A stretch of DNA of 63,165 nucleotides, taken from NCBI RefSeq assembly GCF_016432865.1, contig NC_067403.1, positions 257,486,001 through 257,549,165 of the forward strand. Direction: 5' to 3'. This document shows positions 1-12,500 of this stretch, piece after piece. Below the pieces are notes generated by a model, which saw only the letters and a list, made by a program, of their open reading frames with translations, was not told where the DNA came from and searched no databases. Each line of letters starts with the position of its first letter. The stretch's first letter is position 1. Position numbers and translations under genes: made by a program. The stretch is from Antechinus flavipes. Its lineage: Eukaryota.

Positions 1-1792
1 GGTGGGGGCTCTCGGAGTAAGGGACCCACCCAGCCTCCACAAGGTCTCCAGGGCTAGGGAGCTCACTCCTCCATTCCACCTGAGCTCGGGGACAGCCAAG
101 GATCCCGATGGACCTCAGTCTGTCCCCTCCTTCCACCCTGGGTCCCGCTTCCGCCTCGGGTGCTGAGCAGGGCTCATCCCTCTTCCAGATGGGGACGGCC
201 AGCCCCAGCCCCCCAGCCCCGGTGCCCAGGGTCTGCCAGCGCGGACATTTCCTCTTAACGCGTGGCTGGGCTCGGGTCTGGGATGGTCCGATTTGGCAGG
301 AACGGGAGGCCAGCAGCTCCGCCCCCTGCCCTGTGCGGGCCTTCCCACGTGCCGGCCCAGCGGCCGAGACCCGCACGGAACCAGGGAAGGCAGGGGCTCG
401 CAAGGGCCTTCCCGGCTCTAAGGCTCGGGGCCCAAGGCCCGCACGGGGCAGTTATCGAACAAGGGAACTCTGTGAAGGTTCCTGTGCACACAAGTTAAAG
501 CACAAAGCAGTGGCTGGAGCAGCATCTCTTCAGCGCTCCCCGGGTGCCGAGCACTGTGCTAGGCCCCGAGGGGGGAAGGAAGGAACAGGCTGTCCCTGAG
601 GAGCTCCCGTTCTGCCGGGGGAGGGGGGGAGGGGCGGCACGTAAAACATCGATGCGTAAAACGGCCGCAGGATGGCTGGCCTGAGCTCCCGGCGCGAGGC
701 TCGGGGCGCAGTCGGACTTAATGTTTATCGACTGACTGATGAGGAGGAGCTGGAACGGGGAGTGATGGGGGAGGCTGCCTGGAGGCTTGGTCAGGTTTGA
801 GTCTGAAGGACTGGGGCGTCCTGGCTCCCGGGCCCTTCCATCAGCCCCACGCGGCATGGAGCCCAGACTTGCGAGCTCTTGGTGCATTCGGTTAGAAAGA
901 GTCCGGAGACGCCCGGATCTGGCTCCCGCTCACTCCTGGGGGCACGGCCCGGGCCGGGGCAGTGGGGCCCCAACCGGTCCTCTCAGGGCAGGCAGCCGCC
1001 CTGGGCTCCATCCCCTTGGCCTTCCGGCGCCCCTGAAAGTGACCTTTGGCAGGGACTGGGGAAATCCAAGAAGGCTTCCTGAAGGAAGGGGCTCTCAAGT
1101 GAAGGCTGTGGGGTTCGAAGTAGCAGGGGCAGGGGGCTGGAGTGAGCCTGGTTGTGCGGCAACACGCCCGCGAGGTCCCAGAGGTGAGAGGCCGGCCTCC
1201 GGGTCTGGTCCCCAGGCTGCCTCCAGCCCTCACCGTTTAGCGCATCTATGGGTGTGCCGGGAGAGAAGCATTGGAGGCTGGCTCCTCCCCAATGCCGATG
1301 GCGGGGACGGCCGGAGCCAGAACCCGGACCTCCCGGGCCAGAACCGTGTCCGGATCCAACAAGAGCAAGTTGAGTGGGAAGAAACTTAAAGTCTGACACT
1401 CGGGTCCAAAAATCGACCCCCCCCCCCCCGGGTGAGGGAGGCACATTGGACAGGTTTGTCTGGAAAGGGACTGGGCGGCCTCAGTGGACCACAAGAGCTC
1501 AGCCACAGAAGTGGGTGTGGCCTGGGCCGCGGTGGACGGCAGGAATGGGCAGAGTCCCTCCCCTTCCGTCCCGCCAGGCTGCGGTCGGGCTACATGGTCA
1601 GCCCTTGGTCACGGCTCAGGAGGGCCAGGCGGGCCTGGGGGCCCTGACACCCGAGGAAGGAACGGGAAAGAGCGGGGGGAGGACGTGAGCTGTCCACGAG
1701 GTGGGCGTGACAGGGGCTTCTGGGAGGCCTTCGAGGCCGCGCTGGGCGGGGGTGGGCCGTGGGGGCTCCGCTGACGTGCGCTGTCTCTCCAG

Positions 1793-2574
1793 GGGTGAAG
1801 GTCCTGTTCCGGGTGGGGCTGACCATGGTCCGCCTGGCCCTGGGCACGGCCGAACAGCGCAGGTCCTGCCCGGGGCTGCTGGAGACGCTGGAGGCGCTGC
1901 GTTCCATCCCGCCGGCCCAACTGCAGGAGGAGCCCTTCATGGCGCAGGTGGGTGGTCGCCACAGCCCCCTCCCCAGGCGGAGGTGTCCCCTGCCCACCAG
2001 CCCAACCCAGCCCACCCTGACTCCCCAGCCCCCTGGATGCCCCCAACCCCTGGACCCCCCCCCGGCCCACCTGGACCCTCCTGGCCCACTCAGACCCCCC
2101 CCAGCCCGCCCAGACTCCCTAACCCACCCAAACCCCCCAGACCTTGGACCCCCCGGCCCACCCGGACCCCTCAGCCCGCCCAGATCCCCCTAGCCCGCCC
2201 AGGCCCCGGCCCTCAGCGAGCTGTCCCTGCAGGTTCACACGGTGGCTGTGTCAGAGCGAGACCTGCGGCGGGAGAGCCTCCTTCAGCTGGCCAAGCTCCA
2301 GCACGCCTCCCCGGAGCTGCAGCTGAGGCCCCAGGACCGCCTGCCCGGGGCCCCGGCCATCTTTGAGGCTCAGCAGCTGGCCGCCGCCAAGCCGCCGGGC
2401 CGGGAGGTCCCGCGCATCGTGGTGCACCCCCCGGAGGAGCCGCGGCCCCGGAAGAAGCCCCAGACCCGGGGCAAGACCTTTCACGGGATCCTGAGGCGAC
2501 CCCGGGCTCCCCCGACGGAGGGCCCCTCCAGGAGCCACCGGGCCTCCTCCTCCTTCCTGGACACGCGGTTCTGA
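1793..2574 (+). CDS. TBC1D10C: TBC1 domain family member 10C (carabin), last two coding exons; gene truncated by the window start
   Basis: Exon 1793-1947 (ctccag|GG...CAG|gtgggt) encodes [52 protein letters not shown]. Exon 2233-2574 (ctgcag|GTT) encodes [11 protein letters not shown]...[11 protein letters not shown]...RGKTFHG...SSSFLDTRF*. Both match the carabin C-terminus as I recall it. Position immediately upstream of CARNS1 is syntenic. Confidence 0.95.
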
Positions 2575-3078
2575 GAGGCCTCCTGGGAGGCTGGGGAGAG
2601 AGGGGACGCAGCGAGCTTCGAGGCTGCCCCACCGGCCTCCCTTCTCCGGACCCAGTGGCGGGAAGGCCACTTGTCTCCAGGGGCTGCGGGCCTGTGCTCC
2701 TCCTGCTCTTGGGGAGGACCGTCCCTGCACCCCTCCTCCCCTGGCTCCCCTCTGCAGCCTGGATCGGCCAGGGAGGCCCAGGCCCCAGTTCCGGCCCCTC
2801 CAGGTGGGCCTAGAGATTGGTCACAGGCAGGTGATAGTCACCGGCTCCAGCAGGAAAGGGTCTTTGTGCCCAGCGAGATTCTGGGGTTCTGCCCCTCGGG
2901 GCTCCATCGCCAGCCCGGACTCATCACCTCTGGCCCTGAATCGCCCGTGATGTCGGATCGGGCCCTTCTCACTCCTGGCCTCAGTTTCCCCTTCAGAACC
3001 GGGGGGAAGAGTTGGGCTGGCTCGGACCCAAGATGGGAGAGTGAAGGCCCGAGGCCTCTGGGACACGTGTAGGTGCTT

Positions 3079-3084
3079 AATAAA
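3079..3084 (+). terminator. Probable TBC1D10C poly(A) signal AATAAA, within an L2-tail-like motif
   Basis: First AATAAA after the stop codon, in gtaggtgcttAATAAAggctggtt. Confidence 0.7.
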
Positions 3085-6000
3085 GGCTGGTTCCATTGGC
3101 CACACCGGGGGCGTGGTCCTTCTCGTGTTCCTTTGGAGGGGTCTCCACTTGGCCAGTGCAGCGAGGAGGGGTCTCTCGTGTTCTAGAATTTCCTCCCCCC
3201 AGGGAGCCTAGGTCCTGGCAGCGAGTTTCCTGGGCCGGGGGTTCAGGGGCCTTTGGGAGGCCAAGGGAGAAAGGGGAGGGGGAGAACAGCCGCCATGACG
3301 GCGCCCTGGCTGCTTTGGCGTTAGTGGGGCCTTCCCTCCTCACGTTTCTAGAGCCGACCACTGAGTAGGGAAGACTTGGGGCGGGACCGGGGCCCGGACC
3401 AGCCTCGGACGCCCTGGCTGTTAGCACTCCTGGGTCCTTCCACCTCTGGGGGTTTGGAGAATGAGGGGTTCAAGCTCGGCGAGATGGGACTCCCCTCCCC
3501 CACTGGTCACCCCCCCGCCCCGCCCCCTTGGGCCACCTCTGCCTGCTCCAGGCCCCGTGAGAGGCCCGGGGAGGAGGGCTCTGCTTGGGCCTCCTGTGCC
3601 CCCCTTCCCAGAAGGCCGATGTGGAACAGAGGCTCACTGTGTGAGAGACAAAGGAGAAAGGCCAGAAGCTGCCCCCTCCCCCACGTGCCCCCCCAGGGCG
3701 CTCGGGGCCTGCGGGGCTCTGCCGGGGAGGGCACCCCCAAGGTGAGCCCAGGGACTGCCCGGCGGGACGGGACTGGGCCCAGCGGCCGCCGCCTCTCCCT
3801 CCCCTGGCCTCGGCCGCTCCGGCCCTGCCTCTGCCCCTGGCCCACGCCGTGGGCTCCCACCAAGGTCATGGAAACCCTCGGAGTCCTCGCCCCTAATGGC
3901 CGCCTGGTCCCCCTGGGCCTCGTTAGGGCTCCTTGCGCCTTCGCCGTTGCCGAGGCAACGGGGCTGGTCCTTTGAGACCCGCTCCCCTCCCTCCTCGCCA
4001 CCTGGGCCGGCCAGGCTGTGGGAAACGCCCCCCACTGGCAAGTGGGGAAACTGAGACCCGAGTCCTCCCGAAATCAGAGCCGGGTCAGACGGGGGAGGGG
4101 CAGCTGCTGCCCCAGCCCGAGCCGGGTGGGAGAGGCCGGGCGAGCCCAGAGACCGAGCAAGGTTCTTGCTTTTAATCTAAGTCTCTTCCTCTTTCACACA
4201 CATTGCTTTATGAATCACGGTGGGAGAGAAGAAGCGGAGCGAAAGGGAAGAGGAGAGATTGGGGGGGGGGGGGCGCGAGCTGGCCGCCTCCGCGGCTCCC
4301 TCGGGGCCCAGGGCGTTCCGCCCGCTGGCAGGAGCCCAGCCCTCCCTCCTTCGCCCACGGTCGCCGTTCCCGGGCGCCCGGACACCGGTTCTGCTGCTTT
4401 GGTTCAGAGAGATCAAGTTTCTTTACTTCCCCCCATGCAAACAAGAGGCTAAGCTCTCTCCCCTGGGCCGGGCTGGCAGGCCCCGCTCTGGGCCTGGGAG
4501 ATAAAGCGCAGCAGGTGGGGAAGCAGGGCCCCCTCCCCTAGAAAGACTCCCCTCTGCGGCGCTGTAACTAGGCCGCTGTGACCCGGGCTGGGTCCCGGGC
4601 GCCACAGCCCTGAGGGGGCTCTGACAACGCGTTGGGCCGGAAGCAGCAAAGCTGAGAATGGTGGTTAGCAAAAATAAGGAAAGCAGGAAGCTGCCGGGCT
4701 CTGCGCTCCCTCCCCCCGGCCTTCCCCCACACTGACCGGGAAGCATCCCGGGGTCTCACTGCCCGCCCCAATGAGCTCGTGTCCCGGCCGCGGACGCCAC
4801 AGGCGCTGCTTCGGCTTTCGAGGCCCGAGGCCCAGTTTTGGGCGTTCTGATGGAGGGTCACGGGGGGGGGGGTCCCTCCCGCGCGAGGATTCCGTGACCA
4901 GCCGCCTGCATTTGGGGGGGCCGCGGCGGGCAGCCCGAGGGGCAATGGGACATCTCGGGGTCCCGCTTTCGGACAATCAGAAGGCGACGTGTGCCTCGGA
5001 GCAACGGGCCTTTTGGCAGCCCCAGTCCCTGCCTCCGGCCCCAGCTGAGAGGGCCGTGGGGAGCATCGAGCGTCCCTCCGTCTTCGGACGGCACGACAGG
5101 GATCCGGGGAAGGGCTTGTTCACGTAGCCCGGAAAGGTCAGCGGCCGCATCTGTCCGCCTGCCTGACGTCACCGGCCCCTCCGGGACTCTGTGTCCCGGC
5201 CTCCCGCCGGCCCGTGCACGACGCCTGACGCCTCACGACAGATGATCACCACTCGCTGGACAAACGCGCCTCTCACGCTCTCCTCTCACGCCTCTCACGG
5301 CTCCGCGGACGGCCCTTGCTGTCCTTGGATCTTTCCCTTCATTATCGAAGCTCCTCTCTCTCCGGGCACCCTCCCCTGACTGACCCACCGGCCGACCCCT
5401 ACCCTCTGACCCGCTGGCTGCCCCCGACTATCTGACCCGCTGGCCGACCCCCACCACCTGACCCATCGGCCGACCCCTACCCTCTGACCCTCTGGCTGAC
5501 CCCTGCCTGAGCCGGTCCATTTCCTCCTTGGCGCCTCGGTATAAACAGCGCCGAGGGCGGATCCCCGTGGACGCTGGCGGCCCTCCCCCGTCACACCGTC
5601 CGGTGGGTGCAGGCGAGCGCAGGGCCCCCGGGCAGGGACGAGCTCCCTTTCCTCCTCCTGCTGATGCTTGTTTCTGAATGAACGAACCGATGATGTGAGG
5701 CCGGAGGAGGCGGACGAGGCTCCCTCGGGGTGCGAGAGACAGAAGCACGGGGGCGGGCGCTGAGTGCCGGGAGGGCCGGAGGAGCCCCACGTCTCCCTTA
5801 GCGACGCGGGCCCTTCAGGGGGCCCCGGGGCACTGATGGAGCGGGTGGGCATAGAGTCAGAATCCACTTCCAGCCTCAGACCCTCATGGAACCTGCCTCA
5901 GTTTCTTCTTCTGCAAAAGGGGATGATGTAGGTGATGCCGTCTGCAAACCTTCCTGCAGACGCTAGTTCTTGTGACTGTTCCTTCTCCTCCTCCCTCCTG

Positions 6001-7044
6001 CAGGACAGAGCTCTGCTACAGGCGGCCCCTGGGCCCGGGGCTCTGGGGCTGCCACACAGGGAAGCCCCCCCCCCGACTCCCTCCCTCTGCTCCGGGGCTG
6101 GGCGCGCCCTGTCCCACGCCCCCCCCCAATACTCTGCCCACGAATCTGGGCCGAGCGACAGCTGCTGCCCCCTTCCGGGAAGGGCTTGGGGGGGGGGGGT
6201 GGGCAGCGAAGTGGCTGAGCCGGGCCTCCTTCCTCCCCACAGAGGGGCCCTGGCCGGGGCGGCCGACAAAGCCACAGCCTCAGCCCCTCTGGAACATCTT
6301 GGGGGTCCCAGGACCTCCCGCTCCTCCTCTGAGCAGGAAATGGAGGCCCAGGGGAGGCTGGGCCGGGGACAGCTGGCAACGGGACGTGCTTGGCCAGCTG
6401 ACCGGAGCCCGGTTCTGGAGCCCGGTTCTGGAGCCTGGTTCTGGAGCCCGGTTCTGGAGCCTGGTTCTGGAGCCCCGGCAGGCAGCGCCGGCTGGCCCTC
6501 ACCTGTCTCCAGCTCAGGAGGTAATCCGGCCCCCAGTCGTGCCCTCTGCCCTGCTCCAGCTCAGCCTCCGCCGTCATTTCCCTTCTGTCCCAGCACGAAG
6601 CCCACGAAGAAGACTCCCCGACAATCCAAAGTGCATTTATTAAGCACCTACTGTGTGCAGGCATTGTCTTAGATTTGGGGGGTGCAAGGGCACCCCCACG
6701 ACGGTCCCTGCCCTCAGGGCGCTACGTTCCTCAGGAGCCACAGGGGACAGAAGGACGCTGGGCGGCAGCAGGGAGGCCCCGGCGGAGGGCTCCAAGAAGC
6801 CCAGGAAAAGCAGCGGATCCTGGGGGGCGTTTGCCGGAGAGGGAAAGGCTCGGGGAGCTGGCTGGGGGAAGGGGGAGCTCTAGGAACTAGCGCTCATAAA
6901 GCCGTGACCTCACCTGGCCCCCACACTCCCGGGACGTGGGCCTGGGATTCTCATTTGGCAGATGGTGAAACTGAGGCAGACCCGGCGGCCCAATTTTGAC
7001 TGCGAGTCTGCAGCCGGATCTGAATCAGTTCTGCCTTTAAAGGC

Positions 7045-7051
7045 TGACTCA
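7045..7051 (+). promoter_or_regulatory. AP-1 site TGACTCA about 1.3 kb upstream of the CARNS1 TATA box, with a TGAATCA variant at 7021-7027
   Basis: Motif match only, at the edge of a CpG-rich stretch. Confidence 0.35.
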
Positions 7052-7199
7052 GTCCGAGGCTTTATCCGCCGGGGGAGATTGGCCCGGGGCCAGGAGGGGA
7101 TCGCAGCCTGACCCGAGGGAGAGCTTTCTTCGGACAATTATATCTGCCCAAGGGCGGGGCGGGCTGGGAGTGCGGGGAGGGGGGCCCGAGGCTCTCGGA

Positions 7200-7500
7200 C
7201 GGCACCTCCCTGCGCATTCCCCGCTCCCGGGCTGGGAGGGGTCTCGCTGCCCCCACAGGGGGCGCTGGCCGGCTCTGAGACGGGGCGTTCGCGGAGGCAG
7301 CACCACGGCCAGGGCCGGGCGGGGTGGGGGGTGGGGGGGAGCTCTCCGGCCCGACGGCCTCTCTGGGCATTCCCCGCTCCCGGGCTGGGAGGGGTCGCTC
7401 TGTGGGCCGGCTCTGAGACGGGGCGTTCGCGGAGGCAGCACCACGGCCAGGGCCGGGCGGGGGGAGCTCTCCGCTCCGACGGCCCCTTTCCCCTCCGACG
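7200..7500. repeat. Tandem duplication of about 153 bp in the CARNS1 upstream CpG-rich region
   Basis: gcattccccgctcccgggctgggaggggtc...gccggctctgagacggggcgttcgcggaggcagcaccacggccagggccgggcgggg starts at 7214 and again at 7367. Confidence 0.85.
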
Positions 7501-8348
7501 GCCCCTTTCCGCAGCGGCCCTGGGGAGCCGGCCCGGCCGCCTGGGGCCCGTGTTTGTGCCAGGCTCCCGCGCTGTCTCTGCGGGCCTCCGGCCAGAGCGC
7601 GGTTTCCATAGCGGGGCCCGCGGGGAGCGGGAGCCGCCTCGTCTCCGGGGCTCCGGCCGCCCGGCCCGAACAATGTGTCTCTGTCCCCGAGTCCCTGCCT
7701 GGGGGGGCGGGGGGGCGGGTCTGTACCAGGCGCTCGCTCTCCCCTCTCCGGGCCCGGTCCCTCCGCAGCTCAGTGAGTGTCCCATTCATCTCCCCTCCCC
7801 CTCCCTCCTCCCCCTTTCCCTCCTATTGTGGCGCTTTGGGTGGGACTCGGTGGCATTTTTGTTTCTTTTCTTTTTTTAATTCTCTTATCTCTGCATTTCC
7901 CTTCTGCCTCTGCTTCCCCCTTTCTGACTTTTGTCTTCTCTGTGTCTCTCTGTGTCTCTCTTTTCTCCGTCTCTCCTCTCTATCTGTTTCCTCTCTGTCT
8001 CTGTCTATCTCTGTTTCCTTTCCGTCTCTCTTTTCTCTCTGTGTCTCTGTCTGTCTCTGTCCCCCTTCCCCGTCCCTCCCCCTCCCTGTTTTTCCCGTCT
8101 CCGGGCTTTTTCTGCGTGGGTTCTCCTCCCCACCCCCACCCCCCCACCTCCCGCCCGCGTCTCTCCCTCTCCCTGTAACTTTCTCTGGCTCTGCCCGCCG
8201 GCGGCGGCGGCGGCGTCGGGCCCGGGGCAGCTCCCGCGCATCCCTCCCCGCGCCGCGCTCTCTCGGTGCCCCGCCCGCAGCTCCCTGGCCCCGCGGGACC
8301 TGAGCCCTCCCCGCCCTCCCTGGCACTGGGCATGCCCCGAGCCGGGGC

Positions 8349-8440
8349 TATATAAAGCCCGGGCGCCTCTAATCCCCGTACACTGGTACGAGCCCAGGCC
8401 AGCCCTGGCCAGCGAGCCGCGCCGCCCCCTGCTCACCCAG
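8349..8440 (+). promoter_or_regulatory. CARNS1: CARNS1 core promoter (TATATAAA at 8349-8356) and non-coding exon 1 ending at 8440
   Basis: Canonical TATA box in a CpG-rich region, followed about 85 nt later by the donor CCAG|gtaccc. No ATG in the predicted exon. Confidence 0.7.
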
Positions 8441-9166
8441 GTACCCCCGCGCCCCTGCTCGCGCGGGGCTGGGGAGCGCGCGCCCCCGGGGGCTGGCGAA
8501 GAGGGGAGGGGCGGGAGGGGGAGGGCTTGGGGGGGGCGGCCGGGGCAGGACGGGAGCCAAGGGCTGGAGGTGGGGGAGGCTCGGCAGCGGAGGCTCTGCC
8601 TTCCCGGGGCCCAGAGAGCAAGGCTAGAGCCCCTTGGAGGAAGCGGCCTCGCCCTCGGCCGGAGCCCCGGCCCTCCGGCGCCCCCACTTCCAGAAGTGAC
8701 TGGCCCTTTGAGCCAGCCCAGGGTCAGGTCTACGGCTCTGCCAAACGGGGACCCAGAAGTCCTCGGCTCCCAGCCCAGTCACCTTCCCCGGTGCTCTGCA
8801 GAGGTCACCACTGATGTCCAGGTCCCTAGATGCTCTGCTCCCCCTTTCCGAAGGGGTTTCCCAGGCTTGAAAAACGCCCCTCAGCCCGCGCCTGGCTGTG
8901 GCCCCGGGGCTGGGCAGCAGTCTGGGACTGGAGAGGCTTGTGCCAGCCCCGGAGCCCGCACCTGGCATCCGGGCACAGAGCTAGCGGCTTCAGGGCTTGG
9001 AGGGCCCGGCGGGTGTGGGCCGGGTTCCCGTGGGCCGGAAACGCCGTCCGGGGCCCCTGGCAGCCGGTCGCCCCTGGCTGCGCTGCCCCTCTGCCACCCT
9101 GGGCCGTGGCCCTGGGCTGCTCGGCTCTGGTGACAGGGGACGCCGCGGTATCCTCCGCAGCGGCAA

Positions 9167-9420
9167 AATCACTCCAGCCGCCAGCCCCAGTGGGGGCCCA
9201 GCCCCCCTGCCTCTGCCCTCTGAACTCTGGGCCACATCTCAGCCTTTCAGGGTTCTGGGGAAGGGGGAGAGAGATTGGGGGGCAGGAGGGGCAGAATCAC
9301 TCCAGCCGCCAGCCCCAGTGGGGGCCCAGCCCCCCTGCCTCTGCCCTCTCTCAGCTCCCGGCCACATCTCGGCCTTCCAGGGTCCCGGGGAAAGGGGAGA
9401 GATTGGGGGGCAGGAGGGCA
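9167..9420. repeat. Tandem duplication of about 129 bp in CARNS1 intron 1
   Basis: aatcactccagccgccagccccagtgggggcccagccccctgcctctgccctct occurs at about 9167 and 9296, with similarity continuing in both copies. Confidence 0.85.
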
Positions 9421-9533
9421 AACGGGAGGGGCAGAGGCTCTCCTTTGGCCCTCAGGAGCTGGGGGCTGCACACACTCACTGGAAACCCCCTCCCCCTGTC
9501 CCTCTTCTCTCTGTCAGCCTCTTCATCTGCAAG

Positions 9534-12500
9534 ATGGTGAGTCCACTTTCTCCCTCCCTCCTCCCCGGCCCCCTCCCCAAACCCCACACATCTGGGGCAC
9601 CGGAGGTGGCCCCCACTCCTGCCACGGCTGGGACTCGGCTCCGGGACGGCTTCCTCCGCCTGAACCCTAATGGCGATTTCCCCCAGACCGCCGTGCCTGG
9701 CAGAAGGGCATCGGGGCCATTCTGTGCCATCAGCCTCCTGCTCCTGGTGGGAGGGACGGGGCAGGGTGTGATGTTCCCGTCTCATGTGGAGCCCGGAGTG
9801 GGGGGAGCAGCCGGTCACACGGGCAAGAGCCGGGGGAGAGCAGGGCCTGGCTTCTGGTTCCAGAGCAGGGACGAGACCCTTCTAGGCTTCCAGTCCAGCT
9901 CGTCACTGAACAGAGATACCCACAACCCCTCTGACTTGCAGACTTCCGGGGACGGGGAACTCGCTACCTGAGGAAGCGATCTCAGGGCGGCTTCGTTGGC
10001 AGGGAGTTTCCTCTGCCTTCTAGGCCTGCCCTCTGGGCCAAGCCCGGCCCTCCTGAGCCCTGGCCGCGGGCAGGGACGGCCTTGCTCAGGTGCCCGGGGA
10101 GGGGGAAAGCGTGCTGGGCTTGGTGCTGGAAAGATCGGGTTTCAGATGCCAGGAGCTGCCATCGCCCCGGCCTGGCAGAACCGAGGCTGGGAGGTGGCTC
10201 CGCTGGGGCACCTCCCTTCCCTCTCGTACCTCAGTTTCCTCATTTGTGCCCCTCCCGAGGCTGAGCGAGGCCCTTCCCATGAAGCGCTTTGCAGACCTGA
10301 GACGGCTGGGCCCGGGTCGCCACCGCCTCGGACCCGGGCCTCCGGGGAGTCTCAGAAGCCCCTGAGCCCTCACTTCCCAGAGGAGGAAACGGAGGCCCAG
10401 AGTGGCGCCGGCTGAGGCCGCCCGGTGCGGGGATGGCCCGGGACTCGTGTCGGGGAGGCGCCGTCCCCGCTCCGACCGTGGGCGAATATCGGGGGCGGGA
10501 TGTGAACCCGCCTCCCGCCCGGGCCTCCAGCCGCCCAAGCTGCCTCTCGGAGTTCAGTAAAAGCCTCCCCGAATTTAATAAGAGTAATCCAGTAGTCAGT
10601 TAATTAATCCCCAACCCAGTAAGAACATCCCTGGTGCCGCCCACCTTCCTGGGGGAGCCAGTCATGGCGGCAGGCCCCCTGCTTTTCCCTTTCCCCCCGG
10701 GAGGTCGCCGGGCACCCCGCCGGGGAGAAGGCCAGAGAACCTTTCTTTGGCCGCTCCCTTCTTACATGCTTGACACCTTGTGGGCCGGACCCCGCCGCTC
10801 CCTGCCTCAGTTTCCTTCTCTGTAAAATACTGACGTTGGCGCCCATAGCCTCGAAGGCCACTTCCAGCCCTCCCCCTGATCCCAGAAAGCCCCAGTGCGG
10901 GCCCTGCTCACAGCGGGCGCCTGCACATGTTCGAAGGCCGCTTTCCCCGCGCTCCCGGACGCCCGGGCCGTCCCCCGCCTCCACAGCGGGCCGGGCGCTG
11001 TCCAGCTGACACTCCTCCTCCGGGATCCCGATCCACGCCCTCCTCGGGGTCCCCGTCCCCCCTTTCTGCCTCTCTCTGCCCCCCTCCCCCCCAATCTGAA
11101 CCTCTCTCCCTCAAGCTTTCCTTCGGTCAGATGCGCCCAGACCTGGCCCGGCCCGTGGCCGCCAAAGACCCGGAGGACGAGGGCTGCGGGGAGCAGCACG
11201 GGGACCCGGAGCTGCCTCCCAGGGGGCCCCTGCTGGGCTCCTGGCATCAGGACGTGAACCTGGCTTGTAAGAGCTGCCCCGAGGAGGGCGCGTCCCGGGC
11301 GTGGACCACCTTCTACTACGACCTTTTACAGAGCTGCCTGCAGCAGGCCGGCCTGCCCGAGACGGGGGACCGCAGCCTAGCGCCTCGCCCAGGTGAGCCT
11401 CCCGAAGCTGGGGGGGCCGGGGGGGCCGTCACCGGCCAGACCTGGGCCGAGGGACGGGAGCAGGCCCCAGCCAGGCGGCAGGGCAGGGGCAGTGCCCACA
11501 CACCGGCAGCTGGGGAAGCTGCTGCCGCCCCCTTCCTACTGTAGCCTCTGTCTTCCGCTGCCAACTTCCCATAGTAGCCTGGGTGCCCCGTTCTCTCAAG
11601 AACAGGGAAGACAGAGCAGACAGGATGAATGGGCACAATACAGTGAAAGGCTGGGGTGGCATGAGTGGGCATAATACAGTGAAAGGCTAGGTGGCACACT
11701 GGCATGGGTGGGCATAATACAGTGAAAGGCTGGGGTGGCAGGCTGGCATGCATAGGCATAATACAGTGAAAGGATGAGTGGCACGCTGGCATGCATGGGC
11801 ATAATTCAGTGAAAGGATGAGTGGCAGGCTGGCATGAGTGGGCACAATACAGTGAAAGGATGAGTGGCAGGCTGGCATGTGGGCACAATACAGTGAGAGG
11901 CTGGGTGTAGGCTGGCATGTGTGGGCACAATACAGTGAGAGGCTGGGTGCAGGCTGGCATGGGTGGCGGGGTGAGGGACGGCAGGGGAGCCAGCAGAGAG
12001 TGAAATCGCTCCTTTTCTCCCGAGGCTGCCCCGGGGCCGAGGTGACCATGTGCATTCTGGGCTCTCCCAGTTCCTTCTTCTCCGTGCTCCTGGAGGGCGG
12101 GGCCCAGAGCCCAGGTAGGTGGGAGTGTGCCAGGCTGCTCAGGTCAGGGAGCCCTGCCCGGCTCTGGGCACTCAGCCCCGCCCCCTCAGCCCACTCCCGC
12201 GCCATACCTGACCTATGGAAAGGGCAGCAGAGCCGCGGCCGCTGCCCAAAATACCCGAGCCAGGCAGCTGCTGGGCATTCCTGAGCAGACAGCTGGGGAT
12301 TCCTCCCCGGGGGCGGGGCGGGCCCGGGCAGGGGGAGGAGGCCAGGGTCAGGCTGGGGGGGCCGGGCCTGGGCAGGGTGGGGGAGCGGGCCCGGGGGGGG
12401 CAGGCCTGGGCGGGGGGCAGGGAGGCCTTCCTGAAGGGCCCCCAGCTGACATGCCCTTTCCCTCCTCAAAGCCTTGGGCTCAGGGGGAGAGAACTGGAGA

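Noticed and set aside
108-1790. Possible further TBC1D10C exons or a separate gene in the first 1.8 kb
   Set aside because: No TBC-domain peptide is recognisable in any frame. Treated as intron.
3100-8340. Many 100-377 aa ORFs between TBC1D10C and CARNS1
   Set aside because: Pro/Gly/Arg-rich GC artefacts or low-complexity CT tracts, with no consistent exon chain.
1947-11116. Phase-compatible TBC1D10C-to-CARNS1 read-through
   Set aside because: Requires bypassing a poly(A) site and about 9 kb including exons. Phase match alone is too weak.
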